This document shows, one piece after another, positions 1 to 9,962 of a DNA stretch of 64,000 nt (within the stretch, counting starts at the first letter, position 1; each line of letters starts with the position of its first letter). The DNA lies in NCBI GenBank assembly GCA_963803705.1, contig CAWDNU010000004.1:640001-704000 (forward strand), written 5' to 3'. The translations under genes and the position numbers were made by a program. Below the pieces are notes generated by a model, which saw only the letters and a program-made list of their open reading frames with translations, had not been told where the DNA came from and did no database searches. The stretch comes from an uncultured Pseudobdellovibrionaceae bacterium (lineage in GTDB: Bacteria; Bdellovibrionota; Bdellovibrionia; Bdellovibrionales; UBA1609).

Positions 1-774
1 TGCTGAAGCGGATTGATTTTTTTGAGCTGCAAAGACCTGCCCCTTAACTAGTAGGGACTCTAAATCACCTTTTTGTTTATTATATTTAAATTCTGCCTCT
101 TCAGCGGTGATTGTCATATCACCGATTAAAATTAAAACCTGGCCTACAAACTTTACGTGTTTATCTTCAATGTCTATGCTTGCATTAAGACTTTTTATAA
201 TTGGCTTGTCGTAATCTGGAACTACTTGCTCGCAATAAATTGGACCAGTTATATCAACACGACCGGCTTGCATGTCACCTTCAAAAGAAGTTCCTTTTAG
301 AATTGTCGATCTTTTGGGACCCTCAATATAGATTTCTCCGTCTGAAAAAAAAGTCTCTTTCGATGCATCGTAAGTTAAACCAAATGATTTAAACTTATAA
401 CCACTTATGGTTTCACTGACGACCTGGTCCTTTAAAATAAAATTTTTGGTTTCAGTATTCACCGTGCCATAAGAGGATAGAATAGTTACGACCTTGTAGT
501 TATCTTTGTAAAGTAGAACTTCAGCGCCTTGAATTTTCCATTCTGCGTCCTTGGGATCACTTCTGGCACTTTTAGCGTTTAATTTCCAATCTTTCTGTCC
601 AGATGAATTTATTTTATATTCGGTTAGCGACAGATTCTTCATAATTTGACCAAAACTTTCTTCTTGATGCTGTTGGCTGGATTTTTTATCAACTAAGTCT
701 ACCACTAAGTCAGTTTGAAAATAGAAGTAAAAGGCTGTCGCAAATAACACGCCCAATTGAATCCAAAAACCCAT
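1..774 (-). CDS. LptC/LptA-like LPS export periplasmic protein (partial, runs off the window start; not in the ORF track)
   Basis: Manual translation from ATG 774: MGFWIQLGVLFATAFYFYFQ (TM anchor)...GQIMKNLSLTEYK..GQKDWKLNAKSA..WKIQGAEVLLY..GTVNTETKNFILKDQVV..GLTYDASKETFFSDGEIYIEG. This is a beta-jellyroll pattern and the frame stays open to position 1. The start codon is uncertain. Confidence 0.7.
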   Translation of the reverse strand, partial: MGFWIQLGVLFATAFYFYFQTDLVVDLVDKKSSQQHQEESFGQIMKNLSLTEYKINSSGQKDWKLNAKSARSDPKDAEWKIQGAEVLLYKDNYKVVTILSSYGTVNTETKNFILKDQVVSETISGYKFKSFGLTYDASKETFFSDGEIYIEGPKRSTILKGTSFEGDMQAGRVDITGPIYCEQVVPDYDKPIIKSLNASIDIEDKHVKFVGQVLILIGDMTITAEEAEFKYNKQKGDLESLLVKGQVFAAQKNQSASA

Positions 775-897
775 AGTTTGAATGTAATTCAGATAATGGT
801 GTTTGTCTTCACGACATAAAAGAAAATTCACACTTTTCGTATAGCAAAATATACTTAATTTATTTTAACCCACTTGCAATGGGAACATTAGCGTAAA

Positions 898-2586
898 TCA
901 AGCTGCCCTTAAAGAGCCTTGTGCTTTCACAAGTTCAATGAGCTTATTCACATTTTCAACATATTCCGTTTTTACATAAGATAACCCTAGCACTCCAGAT
1001 TCACTGGTGAATCTAATTTGCGCTACAAATTCGATATCATTTTTGAGTTCGGAACAATCAAGGGTTACTTTAACAACTTCGCCTAATACCAGAGGGCCAA
1101 AACCGGTAGCACCGATCCCTGATAAACTAAGATTTTCAAGCTGTCCGATCTGTGTATTCCCGTTGAATTCTATTTTGACAGTACCACTATATGCAAAGCG
1201 CTCGTGTCGTCTAAAACCAATACCCAGTTGAACAGAAATTTGAGGTGTGTCGTAAAGATTCTGCCAATCTTTCATGCCCTTCTTCCAAAGGTAAACAAAG
1301 TCTGGGTTTTTAAAACTGTCAAGTTTTTTAAAAAGTGTTTCCACGTTCATCGGACCCTCTGACTCGCCGTCATAAGCGACGAACCAAACTGGCGCTTCTA
1401 GCAATTTTTTTTGCTCTATATGTTGAGCCACTTCTTTTAATTGAGCCACGTTAGTTTTTTCATTTAATCCCAAATCAGTCGACCGCACATCTGTGGTTTT
1501 ATCAGCTATTCTAACTGATTTTTCGCCTTGAACCTTTTGTTGTATTTCATCTGAAGATTCAGTTAACAGGTCTTGGTCACTGCTTAGGCTAAACTCTTCT
1601 AGTGATGCTGTTTTTTTTATTTCGCTATCAACATCAATTTCTAAATTGTAGTCCTCTGAAGCCTGGTCACTTTGACCAAGAGCTAAGTTGTCAGAGCTTA
1701 AATCAAACTCGTCGATATCTAGCGCTTTACTTTGCACTTTTGTGGCTTCACCCGATTGAAGCTCCAAACTTAAATCATCCATACTTTGCACTTTAGTAGG
1801 ACCATCATCTTCAATATCTTCTAAGTTCAAATCAAAATTTTCAAAATTTTGAACTTTAGTTGCGCTTTTAGGGTCTGCAGAATCTGTGGCGCGTGCATCT
1901 TCTGCAGTCTGTATCTCTGTTGGGCTTTCTTCTACAGTTTCTGAAGTAACATCAATTAAGCTTTGTATTTTGGTAGATCCATCTTGTTCGGCTTGGCCTA
2001 AACCTAAGTTGTCGCGGCTCTGTACTTTTGTGGCACTATCGTCATCTGAATCTGAGGTCGCGGGCTCTTGAGTAAGGTCTTCCATGGTCGCTTGAATAAG
2101 TGTATGGCCTTCTTCATCTACAACAGGTTGATCCAGGATATTGTTAAGCTGATTATGTAGTACGATTGAAACTTCTTCTTCAGTGTCAGCTGAGCTATCA
2201 CTATCAGAAAATATGTCATCAACATTAGGTATTAGGGGTAAAGGGGCTAGATTCACCTGTGGTGCACCTTCGGGTTCGTACACTTGTGTTTCAGCAGAAT
2301 CATTATGCTGCTGTGTATCATGCTGCATGTTGGATTCTGGTCTAATTTTGAAAATTTTAGACTTTTCTGGTTTTTCGTTTGATTCGGGATTTATCAAGAT
2401 ACCAAGGTCAGGCTTAATATTAAAGGCGCCTTGGCTTAACTGATAAGACCAATCTTTAAATAACAACCACTCATCACAGTTAAGTCCCCATACCAAAACA
2501 TTTTGACTATTGTAATCAGATAAAACTTTTTCTGAGTTTACGGGTCCTAATACTGTTCCGCTTTTTAATACAAACCACGATTGCAT
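898..2586 (-). CDS. GYF_2-like domains + long acidic linker + C-terminal PilZ domain protein
   Basis: WFVAYDGESEGPM..YLWKKGMKDW (GYF_2-like, with a second copy at the N-terminus); PilZ motifs RRHER and NLSLSG. Confidence 0.8.
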   Translation of the reverse strand: MQSWFVLKSGTVLGPVNSEKVLSDYNSQNVLVWGLNCDEWLLFKDWSYQLSQGAFNIKPDLGILINPESNEKPEKSKIFKIRPESNMQHDTQQHNDSAETQVYEPEGAPQVNLAPLPLIPNVDDIFSDSDSSADTEEEVSIVLHNQLNNILDQPVVDEEGHTLIQATMEDLTQEPATSDSDDDSATKVQSRDNLGLGQAEQDGSTKIQSLIDVTSETVEESPTEIQTAEDARATDSADPKSATKVQNFENFDLNLEDIEDDGPTKVQSMDDLSLELQSGEATKVQSKALDIDEFDLSSDNLALGQSDQASEDYNLEIDVDSEIKKTASLEEFSLSSDQDLLTESSDEIQQKVQGEKSVRIADKTTDVRSTDLGLNEKTNVAQLKEVAQHIEQKKLLEAPVWFVAYDGESEGPMNVETLFKKLDSFKNPDFVYLWKKGMKDWQNLYDTPQISVQLGIGFRRHERFAYSGTVKIEFNGNTQIGQLENLSLSGIGATGFGPLVLGEVVKVTLDCSELKNDIEFVAQIRFTSESGVLGLSYVKTEYVENVNKLIELVKAQGSLRAA

Positions 2587-2592
2587 ATGGCT

Positions 2593-2620
2593 TTATCGGT
2601 TTTAATAGATTCACCATTAA
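2593..2620 (-). promoter_or_regulatory. putative sigma28 (FliA) promoter
   Basis: TTAAT-N15-ACCGATAA, 6 nt upstream of ATG 2586. Confidence 0.55.
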
Positions 2621-2652
2621 ATTTAAAACAAGCCTTAAGGCTTGTTTTAAAT
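2621..2652 (-). terminator. perfect 32-bp palindrome, probable intrinsic terminator of the phoH-family gene
   Basis: atttaaaacaagccttaaggcttgttttaaat directly after the stop codon at 2658. Confidence 0.65.
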
Positions 2653-2657
2653 AAAAA

Positions 2658-4007
2658 TTATAAAATATTTGCAGCTAGTTCCGCTAAATCAGACCGCTCA
2701 CCCTTAGATAAGGTCACGTGGGCTGCTATTGAGTGACCTTTAAATCTTTCTACTGAATAGCTTAAGCCGCTATTGGCTGCATCAACATAAGGGTTATCAA
2801 TTTGATATCTATCACCAGTTAAAACAACCTTTGTGCCTTCACCGGCTCTAGTAACAATAGTCTTAATTTCGTGAGGGGTTAGATTTTGCGCCTCGTCCAC
2901 AATTAAATACTGGTTCGGAATGCTGCGCCCTCTTATGTAGGTAAGAGGTTCAATGTTTAACATGCCTTGATTTATAAGCTCTTGTGCTCGCCCTGCAGCC
3001 TTTTTATCTGCACCCATTAAATACTCTACGTTATCAAAAATTGGCTGCATCCACGGGTTTAACTTTTGTTCCACATCCCCGGGGAGGTATCCAATGTCAC
3101 GCCCCATAGGAAAAATTGGACGTGAAACCAGAAGCCTTTGAAAGCGTCCTTCATCTAATGTTTTGTAAAGTCCTGCAGCTAAAGCCATTAAGGTTTTTCC
3201 GGTGCCCGCTTTACCAATTAAAGATACGAATAAAACTTCATCATTAAGTAGAGCATCAATGGCGAAACTTTGTTCTACATTTCTTGGATGAATTCCCCAA
3301 AGGCTATCTGTCGGAGTGATCAAGGGAATTACAGTACCCTCGTCTTTCACAAAACGTCCTATTGCGCTGTGATTTGGATTGTTTTTATCTTTTAAAACAA
3401 CATACCCATTTGCTAACAACTGATTATTCTCTGGAGCGGTCACAACTTTATTTTCATAGAAACTATCTATGACTGAAGATTCAACTTCGATTTCTGTGCT
3501 GCCAGTGTAATAGTCATCGTTTGAACCAACGCTAGTAGGTTCATAATCTTTTGCTTCGATACCGAAAACGTCTGCCTTAATTCTTAAATTTATATCTTTA
3601 GTGACCAAAGTTATGGTTTCGCCTACATATTTTTTTTGTAAATACATAGCTGTGCCTAAAATTCTGTTGTCAGCTTTTTGCTTGTCTAACTCTTCAGGTA
3701 ATCCCTCGACTTCAATATCGATCTGCACGAACATCTTAGAATTAGAAGTTTCATCAAAAGACACGCCTTGGGCAAGTTTACCTTTTTCTCTTAAGACATC
3801 TACAAAGCGGCTAAAGTGCCTAGCATTTTTACCGTTTTCACCTAGATCTCTTTTAAAGCGATCGATTTCCTCTATAACTGAAATCGGTATGTAAATGTCG
3901 GCGTTGTGAAATTTAGTCACCGCCAATGCATCAAATAAAATTACGTTAGTATCTAGTACAACTTTCGTGTTTACCTGCGATCCAGTTCCCAAAAAACTCA
4001 CCCCCAT
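2658..4007 (-). CDS. PIN-domain PhoH-family ATPase (PhoH2/YlaK type)
   Basis: N-terminal VLDTNV PIN motif; Walker A GKAGTGKT; IGYLPG, YIRGRS, DEAQN and GDxxQID PhoH motifs. Confidence 0.92.
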   Translation of the reverse strand: MGVSFLGTGSQVNTKVVLDTNVILFDALAVTKFHNADIYIPISVIEEIDRFKRDLGENGKNARHFSRFVDVLREKGKLAQGVSFDETSNSKMFVQIDIEVEGLPEELDKQKADNRILGTAMYLQKKYVGETITLVTKDINLRIKADVFGIEAKDYEPTSVGSNDDYYTGSTEIEVESSVIDSFYENKVVTAPENNQLLANGYVVLKDKNNPNHSAIGRFVKDEGTVIPLITPTDSLWGIHPRNVEQSFAIDALLNDEVLFVSLIGKAGTGKTLMALAAGLYKTLDEGRFQRLLVSRPIFPMGRDIGYLPGDVEQKLNPWMQPIFDNVEYLMGADKKAAGRAQELINQGMLNIEPLTYIRGRSIPNQYLIVDEAQNLTPHEIKTIVTRAGEGTKVVLTGDRYQIDNPYVDAANSGLSYSVERFKGHSIAAHVTLSKGERSDLAELAANIL

Positions 4008-4098
4008 CCTTATCTAAGGATACCAACTGGTTGAAGTGTGTGGAGCTTCTGTGCGTCATTACCCTTAACTTTTTAGTCACTTTAGATAACAGGGTTCT

Positions 4099-4626
4099 TT
4101 ATTTGTTGATATTAGAAACTAAAATGTCACCATCGTCTTGTTTTAAACTTGTTGACACTGTTTCTAAAAACTTAACAAAGTGAAAAAGAGCCTCTTCATT
4201 GACTGTGCCCTTGATAAAGTTGGCACCGTGCCTGTATATATTTTCTTCTTGGTCAAATCTTCCGTTAGAAACTTTTATAGTAAAAGGAAAGTAAGCTCCG
4301 TGATTGAGATAAATTCGCATGGACACTTCTTCGCCTATCTTAAATTTACCTAACTTTTTTTCTAAATCAAAAGAGACACCATGAGTTGAGATGTCATACA
4401 GGCAGACTTTTTTTAAACCTAAACCAGGTATAACTAAATGTGTCCCAATAAACTCGGTTAAAATTGTACGCTTCACTTTACGGCGGTTTTCTGCAATGAC
4501 CTGCTGTCGCAAGGATGTCATATCAGTCACCTGGTTTGCAATATCTCTGTCCTTTAAAGACTTTGTTTTTTTGTGATTGGTTTTGGCTTTCAACCTTTGT
4601 GTTATATCGATAACGTTACTAGACAT
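4099..4626 (-). CDS. PilZ domain protein (probable start ATG 4626)
   Basis: RRKVKR and DISTHG PilZ motifs; GGGGG RBS-like run before ATG 4626 (ORF track start 4656). Confidence 0.75.
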   Translation of the reverse strand: MSSNVIDITQRLKAKTNHKKTKSLKDRDIANQVTDMTSLRQQVIAENRRKVKRTILTEFIGTHLVIPGLGLKKVCLYDISTHGVSFDLEKKLGKFKIGEEVSMRIYLNHGAYFPFTIKVSNGRFDQEENIYRHGANFIKGTVNEEALFHFVKFLETVSTSLKQDDGDILVSNINK

Positions 4627-4654
4627 GTCCCCCGACCCCCGCAGCATATGTATC

Positions 4655-4682
4655 ATATCGGGATGCTGTAGGTTAAACTTTA
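4655..4682 (-). promoter_or_regulatory. putative sigma28 promoter
   Basis: TAAAG-N15-CCCGATAT. Confidence 0.6.
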
Positions 4683-4686
4683 GGGG

Positions 4687-5739
4687 ATGAACACAAAGGT
4701 TAAAATTAGTGATTTAAAGCATTGTCTTCTTGGTTTAATCGTTATCGTAATGTTGCTTTCAGCAACAGGATGCCAGATACCCTACATTATAGAGAGCGCT
4801 TGGATTCACCTAAAAATTATGAATTCTAAGCAGGACATTCAAAAAGCTTTAAAGAACCCGGACCTACCAGAAGAATGGAAAGCAAAGCTGTATCTAACAT
4901 TAGAGATAAGACCCTATATAGAAGATCTTGGACTTAAGATAACAAAAAACTACCAGTCATTCGTAGATTTAAAGCGGCCATACATCAGTCATTTATTAAT
5001 CGTGACACCTGCTTACAGTTTAAAAGTAAAAAAATGGTGGTTTCCGATCGTGGGCAGCTTTCCTTACAAGGGCTACCACAGCGAAAAAAAGGCCAGAAAA
5101 GCATCTGAATATTATACCAAAAAAAACATGGACACCTATGTAAGAGGTGTTACAGCATACTCAACACTTGGCTGGTTTAATGATCCTTTACTTTCCACCA
5201 TGATGAGGTACCCAGACCACGATCTTGTTGAAACAATCATTCATGAATCAGTGCACGCAACCATATTTATAAAAAATAATGTAGATTTTAATGAACAGCT
5301 TGCGGTTTTCATAGCTCGAAAGGCCACTTTAGCATATTACAAGAATAGATCTAAAAAGACCTACACTAAGATCCTAGAAGACCAAAAGGATGAAGACCTA
5401 TTCACAGATTTTTTAATGCAAAGCTATCGAAAGCTTAAACTTTTTTACAAAAACAAATCTAGCCACACATTGAAACAAAAATCAGAACTGTTTGAATTCA
5501 TAAAGCAAGACTACTCTGACTTTTTTGCTAGCAAGATCATCAATGTCAAATATGACTTCGTTCTTAAAGCAGATCTAAATAATGCATTTTTTGCGGCTCA
5601 GAAAACTTACCATATGAACCAAAAAAAATTTGATAGCGTCTATAAAGTGCAAGGTAAAAACGACATCAAAGAATTTATTAGATTGCTAAAATCTTTAAAA
5701 TCCAAAAAAATAATAGAATTATTTAATTTTGAAGATTAG
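4687..5739 (+). CDS. putative zinc aminopeptidase lipoprotein
   Basis: Lipobox ATGC; WWFPIVGSFPYKGY, AYSTLGWFNDP, HESVH (HExxH) and FNE motifs. Confidence 0.85.
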   Translation: MNTKVKISDLKHCLLGLIVIVMLLSATGCQIPYIIESAWIHLKIMNSKQDIQKALKNPDLPEEWKAKLYLTLEIRPYIEDLGLKITKNYQSFVDLKRPYISHLLIVTPAYSLKVKKWWFPIVGSFPYKGYHSEKKARKASEYYTKKNMDTYVRGVTAYSTLGWFNDPLLSTMMRYPDHDLVETIIHESVHATIFIKNNVDFNEQLAVFIARKATLAYYKNRSKKTYTKILEDQKDEDLFTDFLMQSYRKLKLFYKNKSSHTLKQKSELFEFIKQDYSDFFASKIINVKYDFVLKADLNNAFFAAQKTYHMNQKKFDSVYKVQGKNDIKEFIRLLKSLKSKKIIELFNFED

Positions 5740-5751
5740 GGCCTGTGGAAG
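5737..5751. repeat. solo terminus of palindromic element family A
   Basis: tagggcctgtggaag; the TAG is the stop codon of 4687..5739. Confidence 0.7.
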
Positions 5752-5789
5752 CTAACATGTCATCAGTTAAATTCCTAAACTGATATTTT

Positions 5790-6851
5790 TTAATCACTTT
5801 TATTGCCCCAACACACCTTTGTTACAAATCCTACTTTAGATTTTACACCTTTGAACCCTGCATCTTTTAGCATAGCTTCTAATGGGGTGATTGAATAATT
5901 TTTATAAAAAGGTTCGTGAAAATCTCTTGGGAAAAGCTCCATTATTGGTTTTAAGTCAGGGCGATCGTGAACCTGTATAGAGTCGACAATAAATATATGG
6001 CCACCAGGCTTTAAAACCCTAAAGGCTTCGCTAATAGTCTTTGTTCTGATATCTTTAGGAAGTTCATGAAACATAAATGTAGAACACCATGCGTCCTGGC
6101 TTTCAGATTTGATAGCCTGCAGATTTTCACCGGCAGCAACATCAAAGGTTACATTTTTAAGATTTTTGTATTCCTTATTACAAAAAGCCACATAATCTTT
6201 AGACAAATCTATGGCTTTAATCCTGGACTTCTTATATGTGTTTGCTACAGGAAATGTTGAGATGCCAGTTCCACAGCCTACCTCTAGAATTTGGTGTCTA
6301 CGTTCAGGAGCTAAGGATTCAACCATCGGCTTTAAAATAAGACGTCTCATGGCGTCTGCGGTTCCGCGAAACAAGATATCTACTTGATGATCATATATTT
6401 TGGCAGACTCTTCAGAGAAATAACCATCAGTCTGAAAGTGAAAGTTTCTTTTATAATATTCTGGCAAATCGCTGTGTTTTTTTTGCGCCTCTTTAGAAAA
6501 GACTTTTGATTTCTTTTCTTTTCGCCTTTTTGAAACGTTAAAAGAATCTCTGTAAACTTTAACTAGATTTTTAACGTGGGTTAACGGGTTTTCAATTCTA
6601 ACTGCAGAAAGGCCATATATACCATTATTAATATTTTCAACATCTTGCTGAATTAGATTTTTGACCTCTTCAAAAAGTTCTTTTTCGTTAAGTCCTTCGA
6701 CGGGTTTATGTAACTTACCGGACCTTATCCATTGATCTAAATAAATCAGTGGATAACTTTCAGCCAAATAAACCCCAGACCTTAGGAAAAAGGCACCTTC
6801 TAAAGCTTTTACTTTTAAAGTTTCGATTATATTTTTTTGATTAAATTCCAT
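5790..6851 (-). CDS. class I SAM-dependent methyltransferase
   Basis: ILEVGCGTG motif I; FMFHELP; RVLKPGG; YYKRNFHFQTDGY. Confidence 0.88.
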   Translation of the reverse strand: MEFNQKNIIETLKVKALEGAFFLRSGVYLAESYPLIYLDQWIRSGKLHKPVEGLNEKELFEEVKNLIQQDVENINNGIYGLSAVRIENPLTHVKNLVKVYRDSFNVSKRRKEKKSKVFSKEAQKKHSDLPEYYKRNFHFQTDGYFSEESAKIYDHQVDILFRGTADAMRRLILKPMVESLAPERRHQILEVGCGTGISTFPVANTYKKSRIKAIDLSKDYVAFCNKEYKNLKNVTFDVAAGENLQAIKSESQDAWCSTFMFHELPKDIRTKTISEAFRVLKPGGHIFIVDSIQVHDRPDLKPIMELFPRDFHEPFYKNYSITPLEAMLKDAGFKGVKSKVGFVTKVCWGNKSD

Positions 6852-6977
6852 AGGCTATTATAACTTAAAAAGACTAAAAATTGATACTTTGCCAGAAATA
6901 AGTGTTTTTAATGCATCAATTGAGATTCATTTACATCGATGTACTGAACTAATAGGCACTACTAATTATTAATAAAT

Positions 6978-7007
6978 TAGGGCCTGTGGAAGATTCATCT
7001 AGGTTTT
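6978..7007. repeat. solo right terminus of element family A
   Basis: tagggcctgtggaagattcatctaggtttt, the reverse complement of the right end of 48906..49083. Confidence 0.9.
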
Positions 7008-8646
7008 ATCGAAGCCTTGGCGGTCTTACTCCGTTAGGTGCCAACCAGGTGGTTGCAAAATTCCATCCGGCGCCCACATAAGAACTTTGCTGAAGTATTG
7101 ATGTTGAGGTTAATCTACTGTATCCAGGTAAATCCCCTGGGTCTGCAGCCACAGTGACCGAGTCCACCAAAATATTTGGACCCCTATAATATACATTATT
7201 AAATGAGTAATTTGCAGTGCCTGTAAAAGAAAGGTCTCCAATAAGTGCAAAAGAATCTGCCAAAGAGCCTGACACAGCAAATGAGCGAAAATTTACATAA
7301 CTATTTGAGATATTAACTGAAGAGCCAGTAGCACCCGGATTTTCATATCGACCTATCAAACCACCTATCTCTGATGCATTAGCATTAATATCTATTGTAC
7401 CGTCAAAGTAGCAATGGTTCATTGAAAAATTTAGATTTACCGAATTTCTTATGTTCAAATGTGAAAGAAGTCCTGCGATTCTAGACTTATTTCGAACACC
7501 CGGTGTAGGTATTTGAATCAAGCCCCTTACACCAACCCTTACAATATTGACTGTCATATTAGTAGAGTTTCCCAGCGCTAGGTTCCCCGTTATTCCACCA
7601 AGTGCGCCAGATAAGGCGCTCCAATCAGCGGATGATGTAATAGTACCTGCCAAATCCACATCAGAAATTTCTAAAAAATTATTTGTTCCATTAGTCATGT
7701 GTAATTGACCAAGAAGAAGGCCTTCCCAGGCCCCTGATAATGGCTCTAAGGTTGTTAAACCACCTGAATTTTGGACATTTTGTATTCTAACCTCAGTGCC
7801 GGAAGTTCCGTTAGCAACAATTATTCCACCTATCGCACCATTAGTGTTTCCAACTGCGCTGGCAGGCTGACTTATATTTCCAGAATTTGAGCTGTTTCTT
7901 AGAGTTAGGTTTGATCCGTTAGTTATCTCTATAGCACCAAAAATACCACCCATCCGGTCAGCGCCTTCAATCGGCGAGCTATTCGCTAAATTTTCCAATG
8001 TGAAATTTGCCGAATTATTTAATCTCATAAGTCCCACCATAGTCCCTGTGCCAAAGTTATTTAGATTCCCACTGCTTACATACCGAAGCCCTCCACCTGA
8101 CGAACTGATATTGCTAAATTGTGAATTAATACCAAAGCCCAATAAAATTCCAGACCTACCGGAACTTCTAATAGTGTTGTTCACTAAATTTAGGGCTGAA
8201 ATATTAGAGCCACTGGTATGTGCGAAAATTCCAGCTGATATAGATCCGCTTGGACTGGTGTAGTCAATATTTTGAATGGTCGAATTATTGCCATTGTAAG
8301 TGCCGGTAAACGGTAGAGCTGCCGAAGGATTACTATTGTCATATATACCAACCGGTACAAATGTTAAACCTGAAAAATTAAGGTCGTTACCTTGGATAAA
8401 GTGGTTCCCAAAATAAGAAGTGTTGCTGGCAAGGTTTAAAAATTGAGTGGTGCTACATATAACGTAAGGGTCTACAGTGGTGCCTGTTCCAGATTGAAAA
8501 TCAGATGTAGCCGCCGGTTCTAAACAGCTTGCAAGAATACTTGAAGTGCCAAAGCTTGCGATATAATCAAACTTCGCACATCCAACCAAAGTGGTTAATG
8601 CTAATAAAGCAGAAAAATAGTTTAATGATTTAAACGAGTATTTCAT
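7006..8646 (-). CDS. surface lipoprotein with GLUG-like beta-solenoid repeats (adhesin-like)
   Basis: Lipobox LVGC; FQSGTGTTVDPYVI, FTGTYNGNNSTI, repeated (M/I/L)GG(I/L)xG units and C-terminal GWNFATTW; Ser/Asn/Gly rich. Confidence 0.75.
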   Translation of the reverse strand: MKYSFKSLNYFSALLALTTLVGCAKFDYIASFGTSSILASCLEPAATSDFQSGTGTTVDPYVICSTTQFLNLASNTSYFGNHFIQGNDLNFSGLTFVPVGIYDNSNPSAALPFTGTYNGNNSTIQNIDYTSPSGSISAGIFAHTSGSNISALNLVNNTIRSSGRSGILLGFGINSQFSNISSSGGGLRYVSSGNLNNFGTGTMVGLMRLNNSANFTLENLANSSPIEGADRMGGIFGAIEITNGSNLTLRNSSNSGNISQPASAVGNTNGAIGGIIVANGTSGTEVRIQNVQNSGGLTTLEPLSGAWEGLLLGQLHMTNGTNNFLEISDVDLAGTITSSADWSALSGALGGITGNLALGNSTNMTVNIVRVGVRGLIQIPTPGVRNKSRIAGLLSHLNIRNSVNLNFSMNHCYFDGTIDINANASEIGGLIGRYENPGATGSSVNISNSYVNFRSFAVSGSLADSFALIGDLSFTGTANYSFNNVYYRGPNILVDSVTVAADPGDLPGYSRLTSTSILQQSSYVGAGWNFATTWLAPNGVRPPRLR

Positions 8647-8653
8647 TTAAGAC

Positions 8654-8680
8654 TTATCGGAATTATTAATACAATATTAA
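8654..8680 (-). promoter_or_regulatory. putative sigma28 promoter
   Basis: TTAAT-N14-TCCGATAA, 7 nt upstream of ATG 8646. Confidence 0.55.
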
Positions 8681-8949
8681 TAAAAATAATGCATTTTATT
8701 AACTTGCCCACTTTTTTGATCTATAAAAAAACATTATTCAACACTTTATAAGCAGAAAATTTGAAATGTTGTTTTAAAACGATACAAAATTAAAAATAAA
8801 ATAGAAATTTGGCTATAATCAAGACAGATAAATATTCTAGTTAAAGTTTACGATCAAAACCTTTTTGCCTTTATCCTCGAATTATCTTAAAATGGAATTA
8901 GGCTAATCGCAGCAGCAAATACATCAAAATAATAGAGCTATGTTTTTTT

Positions 8950-8985
8950 TAGGGCCTGTGGAAGATTCATCTAGGTTTTTACTAC
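8950..8985. repeat. solo right terminus of element family A
   Basis: tagggcctgtggaagattcatctaggtttttactac; includes the stop codon of the FHA-GGDEF gene. Confidence 0.9.
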
Positions 8986-9917
8986 CCGATGGATACTTGA
9001 TTGCGGCCGCGTTTTTTTGACTTATATAAAGCCTGATCAGATTTTTCAAAAAGCAGATCCCAGGTATCTCCACCGGCATCCCGACTAGCAACACCAAGCG
9101 AAATTGTGATAGGCATTTTAACATTTTCAAATTCAAATTTATAAGCTTCAACGTTTGCCCGGATGCGCTCTGCAACTTCTGCGGCAACATGCAAGGGTGC
9201 GCCAGATAAAGCCAGTACGAACTCTTCGCCACCGAAGCGCGCAAAGAAATCTTCACCACGAGTAAGCTTGTCTTTAATTAATGAAGCCAAAGCTTTGATA
9301 ACGTAGTCACCCGCCGCGTGTCCGTAAGTGTCGTTTACTTTTTTAAAGTGATCAATATCAAAAACAATCAGACTGATTGGCATTCCAACAAGGTCAGATC
9401 GTTTAATAGCTTCTGGGGCATAAGCTAATAATGCACCTTTGTTGTAAGCCCCAGTCATCGCATCAATTTGAGTTCTGTCGAAAGTCTTCTGGTTTGAAAC
9501 TGCTTCAATATTACCTTTTTCTAAAAACTTAAAAATAACATTACCAACTTTGATCTGATCATTATTTTTAAGCGGCGCAGTGGTTAATGGAGAAACCGGT
9601 TTATTGTTAACAATTGTTTTATTAGTTGATTCAAGATCCATAATATGGGACTCGCTTCCGTGAACAACTATTTTTGCATGACTTTTGCTAATGCTTCGGT
9701 CATCGACATAAATTGTGCTAGAGGGCGAACGTCCAATCACCAAATTATCACCTTCTAGGCTCCACTGTTTACCGATACTACTGGCTGGACCAACTAAAAG
9801 TACAAGCGTAGGAGGCGTCTTGTCAGCACGCTCTAAGTGGACCTTTAAAGTGTCACTCGTCATGATGCTTGTCTTGTCTTCATCCTTAGGATCAAATTTA
9901 GCCATTTCTATTCCCAA
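8982..9917 (-). CDS. dgcB: FHA-GGDEF diguanylate cyclase, Bdellovibrio DgcB-like
   Basis: N-terminal tail DEDKTSIMTSDT; FHA motifs IGRS..SISKSHA..STNKT; GGEEF active site; DIDHFKKVNDTYGH. Confidence 0.85.
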   Translation of the reverse strand: MGIEMAKFDPKDEDKTSIMTSDTLKVHLERADKTPPTLVLLVGPASSIGKQWSLEGDNLVIGRSPSSTIYVDDRSISKSHAKIVVHGSESHIMDLESTNKTIVNNKPVSPLTTAPLKNNDQIKVGNVIFKFLEKGNIEAVSNQKTFDRTQIDAMTGAYNKGALLAYAPEAIKRSDLVGMPISLIVFDIDHFKKVNDTYGHAAGDYVIKALASLIKDKLTRGEDFFARFGGEEFVLALSGAPLHVAAEVAERIRANVEAYKFEFENVKMPITISLGVASRDAGGDTWDLLFEKSDQALYKSKKRGRNQVSIG

Positions 9918-9962
9918 CTTAGCAGTTTAATACATAATTTTATTTAAAGTGATTACTTCATA

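Noticed and set aside
6978..8985. Solo ends as integron attC sites
   Set aside because: No RYYYAAC/GTTRRRY core pair and no integrase in the window.
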